DNA of 20,000 nt, taken from the NCBI GenBank assembly GCA_022813865.1, contig JALDZX010000041.1:180596-200595 (forward strand). Direction: 5' to 3'. Position numbers and translations under genes: made by a program. The notes beneath the pieces were generated by a model that was not told the DNA's origin, ran no database searches, and was given only the letters and a program-made list of their open reading frames with translations. Below, in pieces: positions 9,865 through 20,000 of the stretch; positions within the stretch are counted from its first letter, which is position 1, and every line of letters starts with the position of its first letter. Source of the stretch: Xylographa opegraphella (lineage: Eukaryota).

Positions 9865-10977
9865 TTCGGCACCTTTGCAAGTCTGACTTCTGTTCTAGCT
9901 CTGCGATCAAGATTTGAGCGGATGTTTTTCCAACTGTGCTTTCATTATCTTCTATTCATGTCATATCCGATAGTTCAAGTGTGTTTGGAGTCTGATTTGG
10001 GGAATTTATTGCATTGGTCTCAAATACAGAGGCTTCCGTATAGACTGGCAAATGTTGTACGGCATGGCAGGACCATGCTTCTTTTGGAACATTAAATTTA
10101 TATTCTCATTGTTGATTGATCGCTCTATGATTTTCCCATGCAAAGCAGTTACCAGATCTTGATTCCTATCTTCGACAACAAATAGCGGTACGTTATTATA
10201 TCATGTACTCATGAATGATCAAAAAACTAGTATTATGTCGTCAGGCAATAGGACACCTTTGTATCAAAGAAATGGTCTGTGATAGCTTCCAATGCTTACG
10301 GATGTTTGTGCTCGAAAGATTATAGCTACCACGATCGTCCAAGATATTGTGCGTTAGTGCATATATATCTATCTAGTATGGAAAACATAATCAGCAAACC
10401 AGGTGCTTGTATCCCCACAGCGTCTCGACCTGCCGCATTGCTGGCCTAGAGTGAAGCCATTCACAACGACGCCAGGCTGTTTCATCAGTTGTTCGTATGG
10501 AGCACGGTCCTCTTCAGATTGGCGAGCGATGCATGTCATGAAGATATCGCCATGCGGAGAAATAAGGTTGGCCAGGTTTCCTCAGTTGCGGCGCTCATGC
10601 GAACAATTGTTGGTAATCGGCAGTGCGATGATACGCAGAACAACAGCAAAGGATTACTCCGAAGAGGTCAGTTGCGGCGCAACATTTAGCCGAGTGTGGA
10701 GATGCCAAGGACGCCAAGCAGACTATCAACCTTCAGCGTGATTGGTTGATTCGCCGAGGCATTGAAGGCAATCCACCATGACTCTGAAATTTGCTCGACA
10801 TGTTTGTAGCGGGCGTGATCCAACAAGCTCTTTACCTCATGAATGTCAGATTGCTGCTCGAACTTCTTCATCGCAAGACGGAATCCCAATTCTTACCAAC
10901 ATTCATGGCGCAGGGAGACCCTAAATTCTCATACCAGATATAGCTGCAAATTACAGCTCACTGTAGACTTGACATAC

Positions 10978-10985
10978 TATAAAAG
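10978..10985 (+). promoter_or_regulatory. TATA-box candidate for the small Cys-rich gene
   Basis: TATAAAAG starting 147 bp upstream of the ATG at 11125. Confidence 0.45.
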
Positions 10986-11124
10986 ATGGGTCGTCGTGCA
11001 GAATATAATTATGTTCCACATCTTAAACACCTCGGCCTACATTACTATCCAACGTACTGAGAATTTCTGCGTGCGTTACCACTCAAGATATCAAGTACTC
11101 CTGGCTACATCTTCGCTGTCTACG

Positions 11125-11578
11125 ATGAACCTCAAACATTGGATCTTCTGGCTCGGTTTGACATCGGACACCGCTTTTGCTTGTGGGTCTTTGGATAACT
11201 GTTTCTCTCGCCCGGAAGCGTTGAAGCTGACATGATTACTCAACAGTCCTCGAGCCCAACGAAGCACACCTCGGAGCCATGTCTATCAACCGGAGAGGAT
11301 TTAGAAAACACGGAAAACCGTCCTGCCCTGTACCTATGGCCACTGAAGCCGTTTCTTGTCTCAGTGACTGTGATTGTATGCAAACGAGCCGAAATATCAA
11401 CAAAAAAGTGGAATATTTTTTGACGGTAACTTGTGCCTCTGCGGAGCAGACTGATTATTGCATTCGGGTGGCAGGATGTCACTGCTACTTTCAAAGCACC
11501 GCCAAACAGCTACCTTTCGAAAATGACCCGCACGAAAAAGCGGTAAAGCAAGACAAACGCAGGAAACAAGGCACTTAG
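11125..11578 (+). CDS. Small cysteine-rich, probably secreted protein (129 aa, 2 exons, 8 Cys), effector-like
   Basis: Exon 1 11125-11182 (MNLKHWIFWLGLTSDTAFA+T); intron 11183-11246 (GTGGGT...GCTGAC...CAACAG, 64 nt); exon 2 11247-11578 joins in frame to ORF 11279-11578. AxA cleavage motif, pro-region ending NRR, Cys pattern C-x10-C-x3-C-x-C-x18-C-x8-C-x5-C-x-C. The signal h-region is short. Confidence 0.65.
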
Positions 11579-13228
11579 TAGTGGCGAGGGTGTCCTTGCA
11601 GCTCGCCGGTGTGTTCTACTTGGGCTTTCAACTTAGTTACCATAGACAGTTCAGGTCCTCATCCGGACGTAAGACTACTCCATTTTCATCGCTTCCTAAA
11701 ATGTTGTGATGCGTTTGGCATCCAGTTAACTCAATCTTAAGCCGGCGAGAGACTCCCTTTTCTCACATATGATTCGCTTACATTCTTAGTGCTGCGGATT
11801 CAGGGTCCGCTGCAAAATAGCAGACTGCGCCTGCAATGCTCAATTCAGCTTCGATTTTGAACTCGGACGCGATGCCAGTCTGGAACCCACCAGGTGGGAA
11901 TGCCATACTGGATATTATGCTTTAACGAATGGAACTATAAGCACCTTTGTGGAGATCTCATCGCCGCCTAGAGAGCATCTCGCATCGTTCACCATGTTTT
12001 TGATCTTTTGACAACTTTGTTCACATTCCAGCTTTCTTTCCACCCGAAATAACTACATCGGCTGTTTTTCTTTATGCCAGCAATCTATCTGCAATATATT
12101 TCCTCGAAAGTGTTATACGAGAATACTATATGATGTTAATTAATTCCTACGACCCGCTCTTAAGTTTCAAAAGTCTGTCCCATGGAAGCCTCAAGGATTC
12201 TTGAATAGACTTTAGCGGGCATTCCGAGAGCGCTTATACGATGTTTCTTTCGGCACAGTGAAACGACTAGCTCCTCCCGTCTTTTATAGATCGCTCCATA
12301 GGGCAACGGCGGCCGTTGTTGGTATTATCGCCACTGCCACTGTATGCAGAGTCTGCGACACACAAAGTCTTAGTACCCCTGGAGAGTGAGACTTCCAGTC
12401 ACTGTGTTCACCCTGCCGACCATATACGTACGGAACCTGGCGAAACCCGGCGAAGCCTTAAACCAGATCCGATAAACGTATATGTCAGGTACGACAGTAC
12501 CGCTGGTGCAAGTTCGCAGCGAGGTATATCCGTGGAGGGGAAGCAGAGCTCAAGAACCCTTATCTTCGTTGTGATGGTATCTGATAACCACTGTGTCGAC
12601 AAAGAAAGTTCGCTGAAAGAGAAATCGATGCTCGAGGGTTCGACACGAACTTGACAGGGCAGGTCTTTGAGGACAAGCAAGTTTCTCTTCCATACCTTGC
12701 TTCTTATATGCTTTCCTCGTTCTTTCCTTGTTCCTGCTATGATGAAGCCGTTCATGGCGGTTCAAATGTCGATGTTCTACATAATGAGTGGCGGAAATAT
12801 ATCCATAACGCCGCATCCATTGATGTACCATACCCAGCAGTCAGTACACATACGTTCTACCTAGCGAGAGGAATACTTCGCAACGACTACGTTGCTAGTC
12901 CATATCACACCGAGCAACCTCTCTTGACCGATCCAGTAGCTCGAATGCAGACAGCTTCCACTGTGCTACATCTTGATCCGAGGCAGCAGCGAGAGCTTGT
13001 GCGGCTTCGATGGCTTGATCTTGCGGAGTATCGACATAGATATCTGTGCTCAGCATTCCTTGCAGAAACCTTGTGGACAGCTTGAGAGGCGGCTATGAGA
13101 CGAGAGGCAGGCGATGCCGGGGCCTGAGATTGTTGGCAAGAAGGCTTGCGTGGTGGGTATTGTACCAGAGATTCAAAGACAGGACCTTATTGTTACATTG
13201 TGTTGTTGTGTTACGTTGCACGGTGGGC

Positions 13229-13236
13229 TATAAATA
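13229..13236 (+). promoter_or_regulatory. TATA-box candidate for the RBR gene
   Basis: TATAAATA followed by a CT-rich tract, about 155 bp upstream of the ATG at 13387. Confidence 0.45.
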
Positions 13237-13386
13237 TGAGCAACATAACCCTGACTTCATTCTTCTTTTCTTTCTTGCTAAAGGTTCCTAACTCGACTTG
13301 CAAGGCTTGTTCTGTCTCCTCCAGCTACCTCACACATCAAACCGCAGGCCCAACCACCCAATCGAAGAAACTTGCTTGACGGAGAG

Positions 13387-14334
13387 ATGGCAACAATACG
13401 TCAGCCTCTTGCCCCGGATTGCTCCGCTGACAAGGCTCAGTGCACTGAACGCACGATCGATGGATCGGTCGTTATCTTTGGGCCCGGAGCGGAGGTCCTC
13501 TCCGTCGAGCCACTGGTGCCCCGGACCGAGAACCTCAAGGACGATGTCACCTCGTTCGTGAACCCGGCTTCCTTTGGGAGATATGGCGGCTCCGATGCCC
13601 TAGGCCAAACTAGCGGTAGCAATATCGAACGAGGGGTGTTGAAAGATCACGAAATGCTCGAGTGTCCGCTGTGCGGAACCCGCGGGAAGGGTGTAAACAA
13701 GCTGTCCTGTGGCCACGAATACTGTCCCGACTGCTTTGATCACATGTGTGCTTCGGCCGACGCCCCTTTACGATGCAGAAAGATCGCGGTCACTGGTGGT
13801 AAGATATGCTCCAAAAAGATCACACTGGCAGAGCTGGAAACACGATTAGGACAACCGGCGTTCGGGAACCTCTTGCAATCATCGCTGAAGAAGTACATCC
13901 GCTTCAACCCCACGCTGTTTCTCCACTGCTCTACCCCCAACTGCCCCCAAGTGATGAAGAGACCAGCGATCAAGAACGACATCACCGACGACGCCGGCGC
14001 CGCTGCCGATGTCGCATCCATCTTCACATGCAATCTATGCCACGCCTCGATGTGCTTGACGTGCGAAACACCCGCCCACGCCAACATCTCCTGCGCCGAG
14101 AACAAGGCTCACGTGCTGCAAGCAGACCAGGAGCTGCAACTGTGGAAGAAGACAAACAAGAGCCAAGACTGCCCGAACTGCAAAAGCTCGATCGAGATGA
14201 TCGAGGGCGGCTGCCCGCACATGACGTGTGAGAAATGCGGCCAGCATTTTTGCTGGCTGTGTATGAAGCAGCTCGATGATGGCAGGCATGCGTACGAACA
14301 TAATAAGTACTTTCACCTCGGCCATATGCCATAA
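13387..14334 (+). CDS. RBR-type (RING1-IBR-Rcat, Ariadne-like) E3 ubiquitin ligase, 315 aa
   Basis: RING1 CPLC...CGHEYCPDC...PLRC...C; IBR CSTPNC...CNLC....CLTC...AH...SC; Rcat CPNC...IEMIEGGCPHMTCEKC...CWLC...H....H with the catalytic GCxH Cys intact. First in-frame ATG at 13387. Confidence 0.92.
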   Translation: MATIRQPLAPDCSADKAQCTERTIDGSVVIFGPGAEVLSVEPLVPRTENLKDDVTSFVNPASFGRYGGSDALGQTSGSNIERGVLKDHEMLECPLCGTRGKGVNKLSCGHEYCPDCFDHMCASADAPLRCRKIAVTGGKICSKKITLAELETRLGQPAFGNLLQSSLKKYIRFNPTLFLHCSTPNCPQVMKRPAIKNDITDDAGAAADVASIFTCNLCHASMCLTCETPAHANISCAENKAHVLQADQELQLWKKTNKSQDCPNCKSSIEMIEGGCPHMTCEKCGQHFCWLCMKQLDDGRHAYEHNKYFHLGHMP

Positions 14335-14387
14335 AGGAGGGGGAGAGCGCAATTGTTGACGGGAATTGGATGGAGGGAATATTATTA

Positions 14388-14533
14388 GGATGGCTATCCT
14401 TGCTGGAGTGACGGATTCCGGACTTGGGTTTTGAAGAAATACGTGGACGGAGAAAAAGGTGGATGGTTATTCTTGCTGGAGTGACGGATTCCGGACTTGG
14501 GTTTTGATGAGTTACGTGGACGGAAAAGGAGGT
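14388..14533. repeat. 73-bp direct tandem duplication downstream of the RBR gene
   Basis: Copies at 14388-14460 and 14461-14533 match at 65 of 73 positions, including the identical core cttgctggagtgacggattccggacttgggttttga. Confidence 0.92.
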
Positions 14534-15332
14534 TTGGCACAAAACAAGAGGATGATTGTAGCTATTCTTCAGAAGCGAACAAAATTGAAAAACACGAGTT
14601 TTATCATCCCGTCAGGTGTTTTGTGGGAAGTCATGCTTGATGCAAGTGTCAATTGCTGCGATCGGGGTGTGCGCGTTGACGAGTAGTAAGTAAGGTAGTA
14701 AGTAACATTGATATAATACTCCGTACGTATTTTGTGTATCGCGTAGACTAAGTACTCCCGCCCTTTCCACATCGTAGAATCACAGTTGCCATGGCCCTCA
14801 GTAACATCTCTCCCTCCCCCCTTCCCTTTCAACACCCCCCCCTCCTTCCCTTTACCCATCCGGTATTTCTCATGCGCTTCGTGAATAGTCCCTCATAACC
14901 AGCCCTCAGGGCAAACCCCCAAGGCAGAAAAGTCTAGTGCTCGAACCCGCTCTCGACATCACACCCCTGCGCATCCGTAACGTTGTCGTTCATGTAGCAA
15001 GCGTTATAACGAGCCACCCAGCCCACGAGCACGTGCCAATCGTAGTCCTTGCACTGGCTGGCTGGTGGGGCGTTGAGGGGAGGGTAGATGGGTTGATACG
15101 AAGACGTCACTAACTCACGTGGTAAGATATATGAGCATCGGGAGGAAAGAAGCTCAAGAATATCGCAAGACGCGCCACGGGACTCATGACAGACTCTGGG
15201 TCAAAGTCGCGCGAGGAAAACGAAGAGTTAATAGACACTATACATTTCTACCAGAGTGTACACCAACGCTCCAAACACCAGCAGCGCAGATGAGAACCTC
15301 CGGTTATATACACACACCCAACAACGCGACAA

Positions 15333-17177
15333 CTAAATATCGCGATCGAAGTTCGGCGGGCCCATCCTCTCGCGCCATTCGCGCCCTCGCCACATCAGCA
15401 GGACGATACCCAGGTACAGAACGGCGTCGAGAACAGCGAGGACGGACCACGCGACGCCGTACGTCGTCGCTGTCGCGAAGGGGATCTGCCCGCATCAGTA
15501 CAGTACTTCTACCAGCTATGAGTCGTACAGACGGAGGAGGGGGGGTTGCGTTTTACCATGTAGAAGCCGAGCGTGAAGGAGAAGGTCTGCCGCCCGAAAT
15601 TCAGCAGCGTGGATATCTCCGCCGATTGCGGTTTGTAGCACTATTTCACGGGTTTTTACGTTAGTTCTTTGGGTTGAGGAAATGGGGGGAGGAGGGGGGA
15701 CTGACGTCCGTCATGTAGGCGAATATATTCGTCTGCACGATCTGCAGTCCAAAAGCCGCGATGCCCATGCCCATGACGGGCCCGGACCAGTGCGTTTTGT
15801 ACTGGAAGCAGACTCCTTCGATGATGACGCCCGCGGGCAGGATGACGAGACCGGGCCATGTCGCCTGCAGCCGTGCTTCGGGCTTCGGCACCCCGGCGTG
15901 AGATTTGGTATACAGGTACAGCACGCGATCGCTGACGGGGCCGGCTAGCAGCTCGCCCAGCAGTGTTCCGACGAACGTGGACAGGCCGATTGCCATGCCG
16001 ACCTGCGCGGTGTTGAAATGGTAGATGGATCCAAAGGCCGCACTGCCCGTCACGGCGAAGAGGACGCTGCCGAGGCCGAACGAGATGCTGTAGTAGACAG
16101 TCGGGAGTACCACCGAGGGGTACTTGAGCATTACAAACACGTGTGTGATGTCCCATAGCCGGAGGCGGCGCTGTACATGTACACCGGTGAAGTTGAAGAG
16201 TTGGAACCACGACCGGCTGGGTTGGAGCGTTTGCCCGGTCAGAGGGTTTCGATGGTAGAGCGTTTCGGGCAGGCAGAAGAGGTTGATCAGCCAATTGGCA
16301 GCGACGACGATCGCGGGGATCCAGTAGCACCACCGCCACCCAATGTTTTTGGCAGTAAAGCCGCCGGCTACGGCAGCGACGTGGGCGCCGTTGGTTACGC
16401 TGAGATTGAAGGTTAGCGGGTTGAGCTCCGCGTGGAGGGCCAGCTTACAAGACGGTGTAGATGCCCATGTATCTGGGAAATCTGTCAGCAAATACCTATC
16501 AAGCGGACTTATGAAGCCACCCACGTCCCGCGCTCATGCATGAAATACATATCCGCAACCACGGCTGCTCCGATGCCCATACCAGCCGATGTCCCGATTC
16601 CGACAAATGCTCGTGCAGCTAAAATCCCGCCCCACGACTGAGCGGCACCTGCAGCGGCATGGGCGACAATGCCGATGGCGGAGATGAAAATGAAGATTGG
16701 TCGACGACCATATACATTCGAAATGGGCGACCAAAGGATGGGAGAAACGCCGGCGAGTACGATGGCGATTGTGGTCTGATATGATGCTTCCACAATGGTA
16801 ATGTGCAGAGATGCGGCGAGTGGGGCGTATGCTGAGTTCTGTAGCCGTATTGGTATATCCCTTTATACGTAAAGGCAGAGGGGGCTCACGATATATGCCT
16901 GGGTAAAGGGACCCAGGAAGGCAAGGAAGGAGACTTGCAACAGAGTGAAGAGTTTCAACCACCGGTTCCAATTCAGTGGGTCTGGTAATAATTAGCCCGT
17001 TGATAGCAGAGTACTCGCGAGGAATTTCAGTTGGCTCAGCTCACCTTTGGGATCATCAGAAGGCTGTGGACGGAGAGGGAAACCGTGTTGGTCAAGCTTC
17101 GGGGTGGTCACAGGAGGCGTTCCTGCAACATCCTCGTTCTCCGAGAACGATCTGAGCTTTTCGTCCACATCTGCCAT
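15333..17177 (-). CDS. Major facilitator superfamily transporter (DHA1/HOL1-like), about 497 aa, 7 exons
   Basis: Exons (minus): 17177-17045, 16981-16890, 16838-16525, 16472-16449, 16399-15706, 15640-15557, 15485-15333. All introns are GT-AG, 49-71 nt, and frame-preserving (1494 nt total). Motifs PQPSDDPKDPLNW, SNVYGRRPIF, ADMYFMHERG, GWRW, LPETLY, KPEARL and AYMTDCYKPQS. Confidence 0.92.
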
Positions 17178-18494
17178 GATTGCGATGCCTAGTTCAATCA
17201 CATGTATGTTGGATGCTCTCTTCGAGTACAGCACATGCAATGGAATACTGTAGTCTTGAAAGTGAAAGGAACAAAGCTTGTCTCGAAGGAGAGCGATGTA
17301 GAAGAACGGGGATAAAAGAAGCTTTAAGCAGACGAGATGGCGCTATTCGCACTTACTCTAAGGTAAGGCAAACCTCAAGGTCCAAGACGAGCCATGCTGG
17401 CGGCTCTCAGACTCCAGACATAGAATAATACACGATAGATATCAAAGCAGAGACTGGAGTACAAAAGTAAAACGGGATTTTCTCCCAGCTCATCCGGTTG
17501 TCTTAAACAAAAACGTAACTTATCCCGATTCCATGGCCATGGAGCTGTTCCTGCTATGCAAGGAAAGATCTCCTGTTGCCAATCCAGTTCTGATAGCAAC
17601 TGGGAGATAAGCCGAAGCTGCTGCCGTGCACACAAGGCAGGGGGGGCGCGTGTTAGACGTCGATCCCCCACCTTCCAAACATGCGGGGAAAGCCACGAAG
17701 AGAATAGATGCACGCCAGGATTTGAGCTCCGTGGCTGAGGTCTCGGGATTGTGACGACAAAGCTGGGCAAGGAAGAGTTTTCGTGGAATCATGGCCACTA
17801 ATGTCCGTCCCTGGGTCGAGAGACACACTCCGTCGCGAGACGAATTCACTATTTAGATACCTCAAGTCTCTCCCTTGGGACACCATAAAACAATGGTTAA
17901 TGTGACTCTGTTCTACAACTATTCCCACAACTTATACTGGTATGCAGTAGGAAAAATACCGTGGTTTTGGTTATACTGTCGATCGTTCCATTTGCAGCGT
18001 CGATCACCGATTTAGCTCTCTCCCTGGTTTTATCACAACCATTTCTGTGTTTTCGACTCTCGGAGCCATGTTATGACAGTCCCATCAAAAGAGAGTGTGC
18101 TTCCAAGCTTTGAACACACTCTGCCCTTACGAACATGCATTGCGGGAGTTTCACCGTGTGGAAAGGAGCGCAAGACAGTCTCGTGTCTTGGCGTGAGGCT
18201 TTAGTGTGCATTAGCGTGTATCGCCATGCTTAGACGGTAATGTACTGAAACTGTATTATATTTGACACGATCCTGGAATCAAAGTGACTGTGGCGCACCT
18301 CAGTAGTTTTCTATATTTGATCTACCAGTCTCCACCACTACGGAGTACAAAGCTAAACGCATGCTAAGTTCCCAGCAGTCCCTGTCTAAGATAGGTAAGT
18401 TAGATCAGAATCACCCTGGACCCAGTATTATTAACGGCTGTAATTGATCTCAATTTTAAGGTTACACTAAATCCGCAGTCCGGTCAACAACGCC

Positions 18495-20000
18495 ATGGAT
18501 CCGGGCACTATCCTCGCCATCCTCGAGCTTTCTGCTACCACTCTGTCCTGTATTGGAAAGTACTATGTGGGTGTCAAGAATGCGAGAGCAGATATCCAAC
18601 GCCTTTCGAACGAAGTCGAAGGCTTTCATGATGTCTTGCAGAAAGTCCAAGAGCTGGTTCAGAGCTCCCAGGCGACGAGGTTACCAATATCGACCTCGTT
18701 CACGAACGTCGCCAAGCAGTCCTTGTTGGATATCACAGCGCTCGAAAAGAGGTTGAATCCAAGCAAAAAAAGAAGGATAATGAAGCGTGTGGGAGTCCGC
18801 GCTCTCGCATGGCCGTTACGAGCAAAGAGGTAGACGAATGCGTTACAAAGCTTGAAAGATACAAATCAACGCTTAGTCTTGCACTGAATGCAGATCAAAC
18901 GTACGAGACCTCGCGTTGTTAGGCAAACACGCTTCTCTAATCTACATAGCTCCTTACTCATCGGTATTGACGCAAACGTCATTAATCTTACACAGAATCA
19001 AGATCTCGCCGAGCAAAACCGACAGCTAGCCACACTGCCCTGTGCTGTCGGCGCGTCTTTCGACTCATACTTTCGCCAGCACGAGTCTCAATGCGTCCCT
19101 AATACTCGAGTCGATCTCCTTAACAGGCTCCAGAAATGGAGCACCGACCATGAAAGATGTATCTTTTGGCTGAATGGCATGGCTGGCACCGGGAAATTTA
19201 CCATTGCTCGAACCGTTGCACATATATTTTACGAGCAGAGAAGCCTCGGAGCGAGCTTCTTTTTCTCAAGAGGCGTTGGCGACCTTGGCCATGCTGCACA
19301 TTTCGTCTGCACGATAGCACATCAATTAGCAGACGCATCACCTTTACTAAAGCGATACATTTGTGAAGCAATAACAAAGCATCATAATATTGCCATGCAA
19401 GGTCTACGCAATCAGTGGAAAGAGCTGGTTGTTCAACCACTGTCCAGGTTGAACGGTCAGTGGCCGACCCTGAGTCTAGTGATTGACGCCTTAGATGAGT
19501 GCGAGAACCAGGAGGATGTAAAGCTAATTCTACAGCTTTTCGTGGAGACAAAAGGTCTGGCTGGCGTGAACTTTGGAATCTTTGTGACTAGCAGACCAGA
19601 AACCCCTATTCGGCTTGATTTCCGGGAGATGCCAGATATCGTACACCAAGACCTCGTATTGCAGGATATTCCACGTCCGGTAGTCGAGCACGATATCACA
19701 GTCTTCTTACAATATCAGCTTTACCAGATCGGATCTAAGCGTGATATTCAAGGCTGGCCGGACGAGACGAGCATTAAACTGCTTGTTCAGGCTTCGGATT
19801 GCTTATTCATCTATGCCGCCACAGTCTGTCGCTTTGTTGGGGACCCTCACTGGTCTCCGGAACAGCGTCTTCACTTGATCCTTCAGAGCGAGGCTAGAGG
19901 TAGCCGGCCTACTGCAAAACTGGACGAGATGTATACTCAGATTTTGAGATGCTCGATCACAGCGGATCAGGATATGGATGAAAAAGCCGAACTAGGCAAG
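18495..20000 (+). pseudogene. Fungal NLR-like (HET-E-like) gene: N-terminal HeLo-like/SesA-type helical domain plus NACHT; frameshifted as sequenced; 3' end outside window
   Basis: MDPGTILAILEL...YYVGVKNARADIQRLSNEV...ALAWP, then a 1-nt deficit at 18816-18817. The shifted frame continues TSKEVDECVTKLERYKSTLSLALNADQT. Intron 18901-18949 (GTACGA...CTAAT...TAG). Exon 2 is open from 18950 to 20000 with CVPNTRVDLL, IFWLNGMAGTGKFTIARTVA (Walker A), LGASFFF, LVIDALDEC (Walker B), IFVTSRPE and LFIYAATVCRFV. It could be an intact gene with a sequencing indel. Confidence 0.8.

Noticed and set aside
10582..10680. 13-bp direct repeat TCAGTTGCGGCGC at 10582 and 10668 as a target-site duplication
   Set aside because: The enclosed 73 bp show no terminal inverted repeats or element features; it may be chance.
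12408..13085. Decayed gene: minus-strand KIRVLEL...IPRCEL...LSY resembling the start of a HET domain, or the stop-interrupted plus-strand frame ending at 13085
   Set aside because: Spacing is wrong and the diagnostic WG and WIDAICINQ motifs are absent; the plus-strand frame has no recognisable motif. A translated search is needed.
13437..14542. Alternative-frame and antisense ORFs over the RBR gene
   Set aside because: By-products of GC-rich third codon positions.
18495..20000. RIP as the cause of NLR damage
   Set aside because: No accumulation of stop codons or obvious TpA excess; the one inferred C-to-T change is in CpT context and the other lesion is an indel.

Overview
Eukaryotic DNA from a filamentous ascomycete, inferred from short GT-AG introns with CTRAY-type branch points and from the gene families present. 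A lichen-forming or plant-associated lifestyle is possible but unproven. From left to right the window holds: the 3' end of a Ser/Pro-rich gene (1-1278, +); a 23-bp minisatellite with alternating units; two convergent, distantly related secreted proteins with a putative KP4/Ecp2-like Cys core (4062-4634 +, ending in a CaaX box; 6028-7563 -, with Gly/Pro repeat linkers and a duplicated Trp-rich C-terminal module); a 3-exon secreted expansin/GH45-like DPBB gene (9043-9864 +); a 2-exon small 8-Cys secreted protein gene split across two ORFs in the supplied track (11125-11578 +); a compact RBR E3 ligase (13387-14334 +) followed by a 73-bp tandem duplication; a 7-exon MFS transporter with a 24-nt micro-exon (15333-17177 -); and a HeLo-like/NACHT NLR running off the window (18495-20000 +) with a 1-bp frameshift and an altered Walker A (GKFT). 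The most interesting signal is the run of four consecutive predicted secreted, effector-like genes next to an NLR and an RBR ligase, especially the signal-peptide-plus-CaaX protein and the Trp-rich repeat module. All family assignments come from motif recognition by eye; no searches were run.
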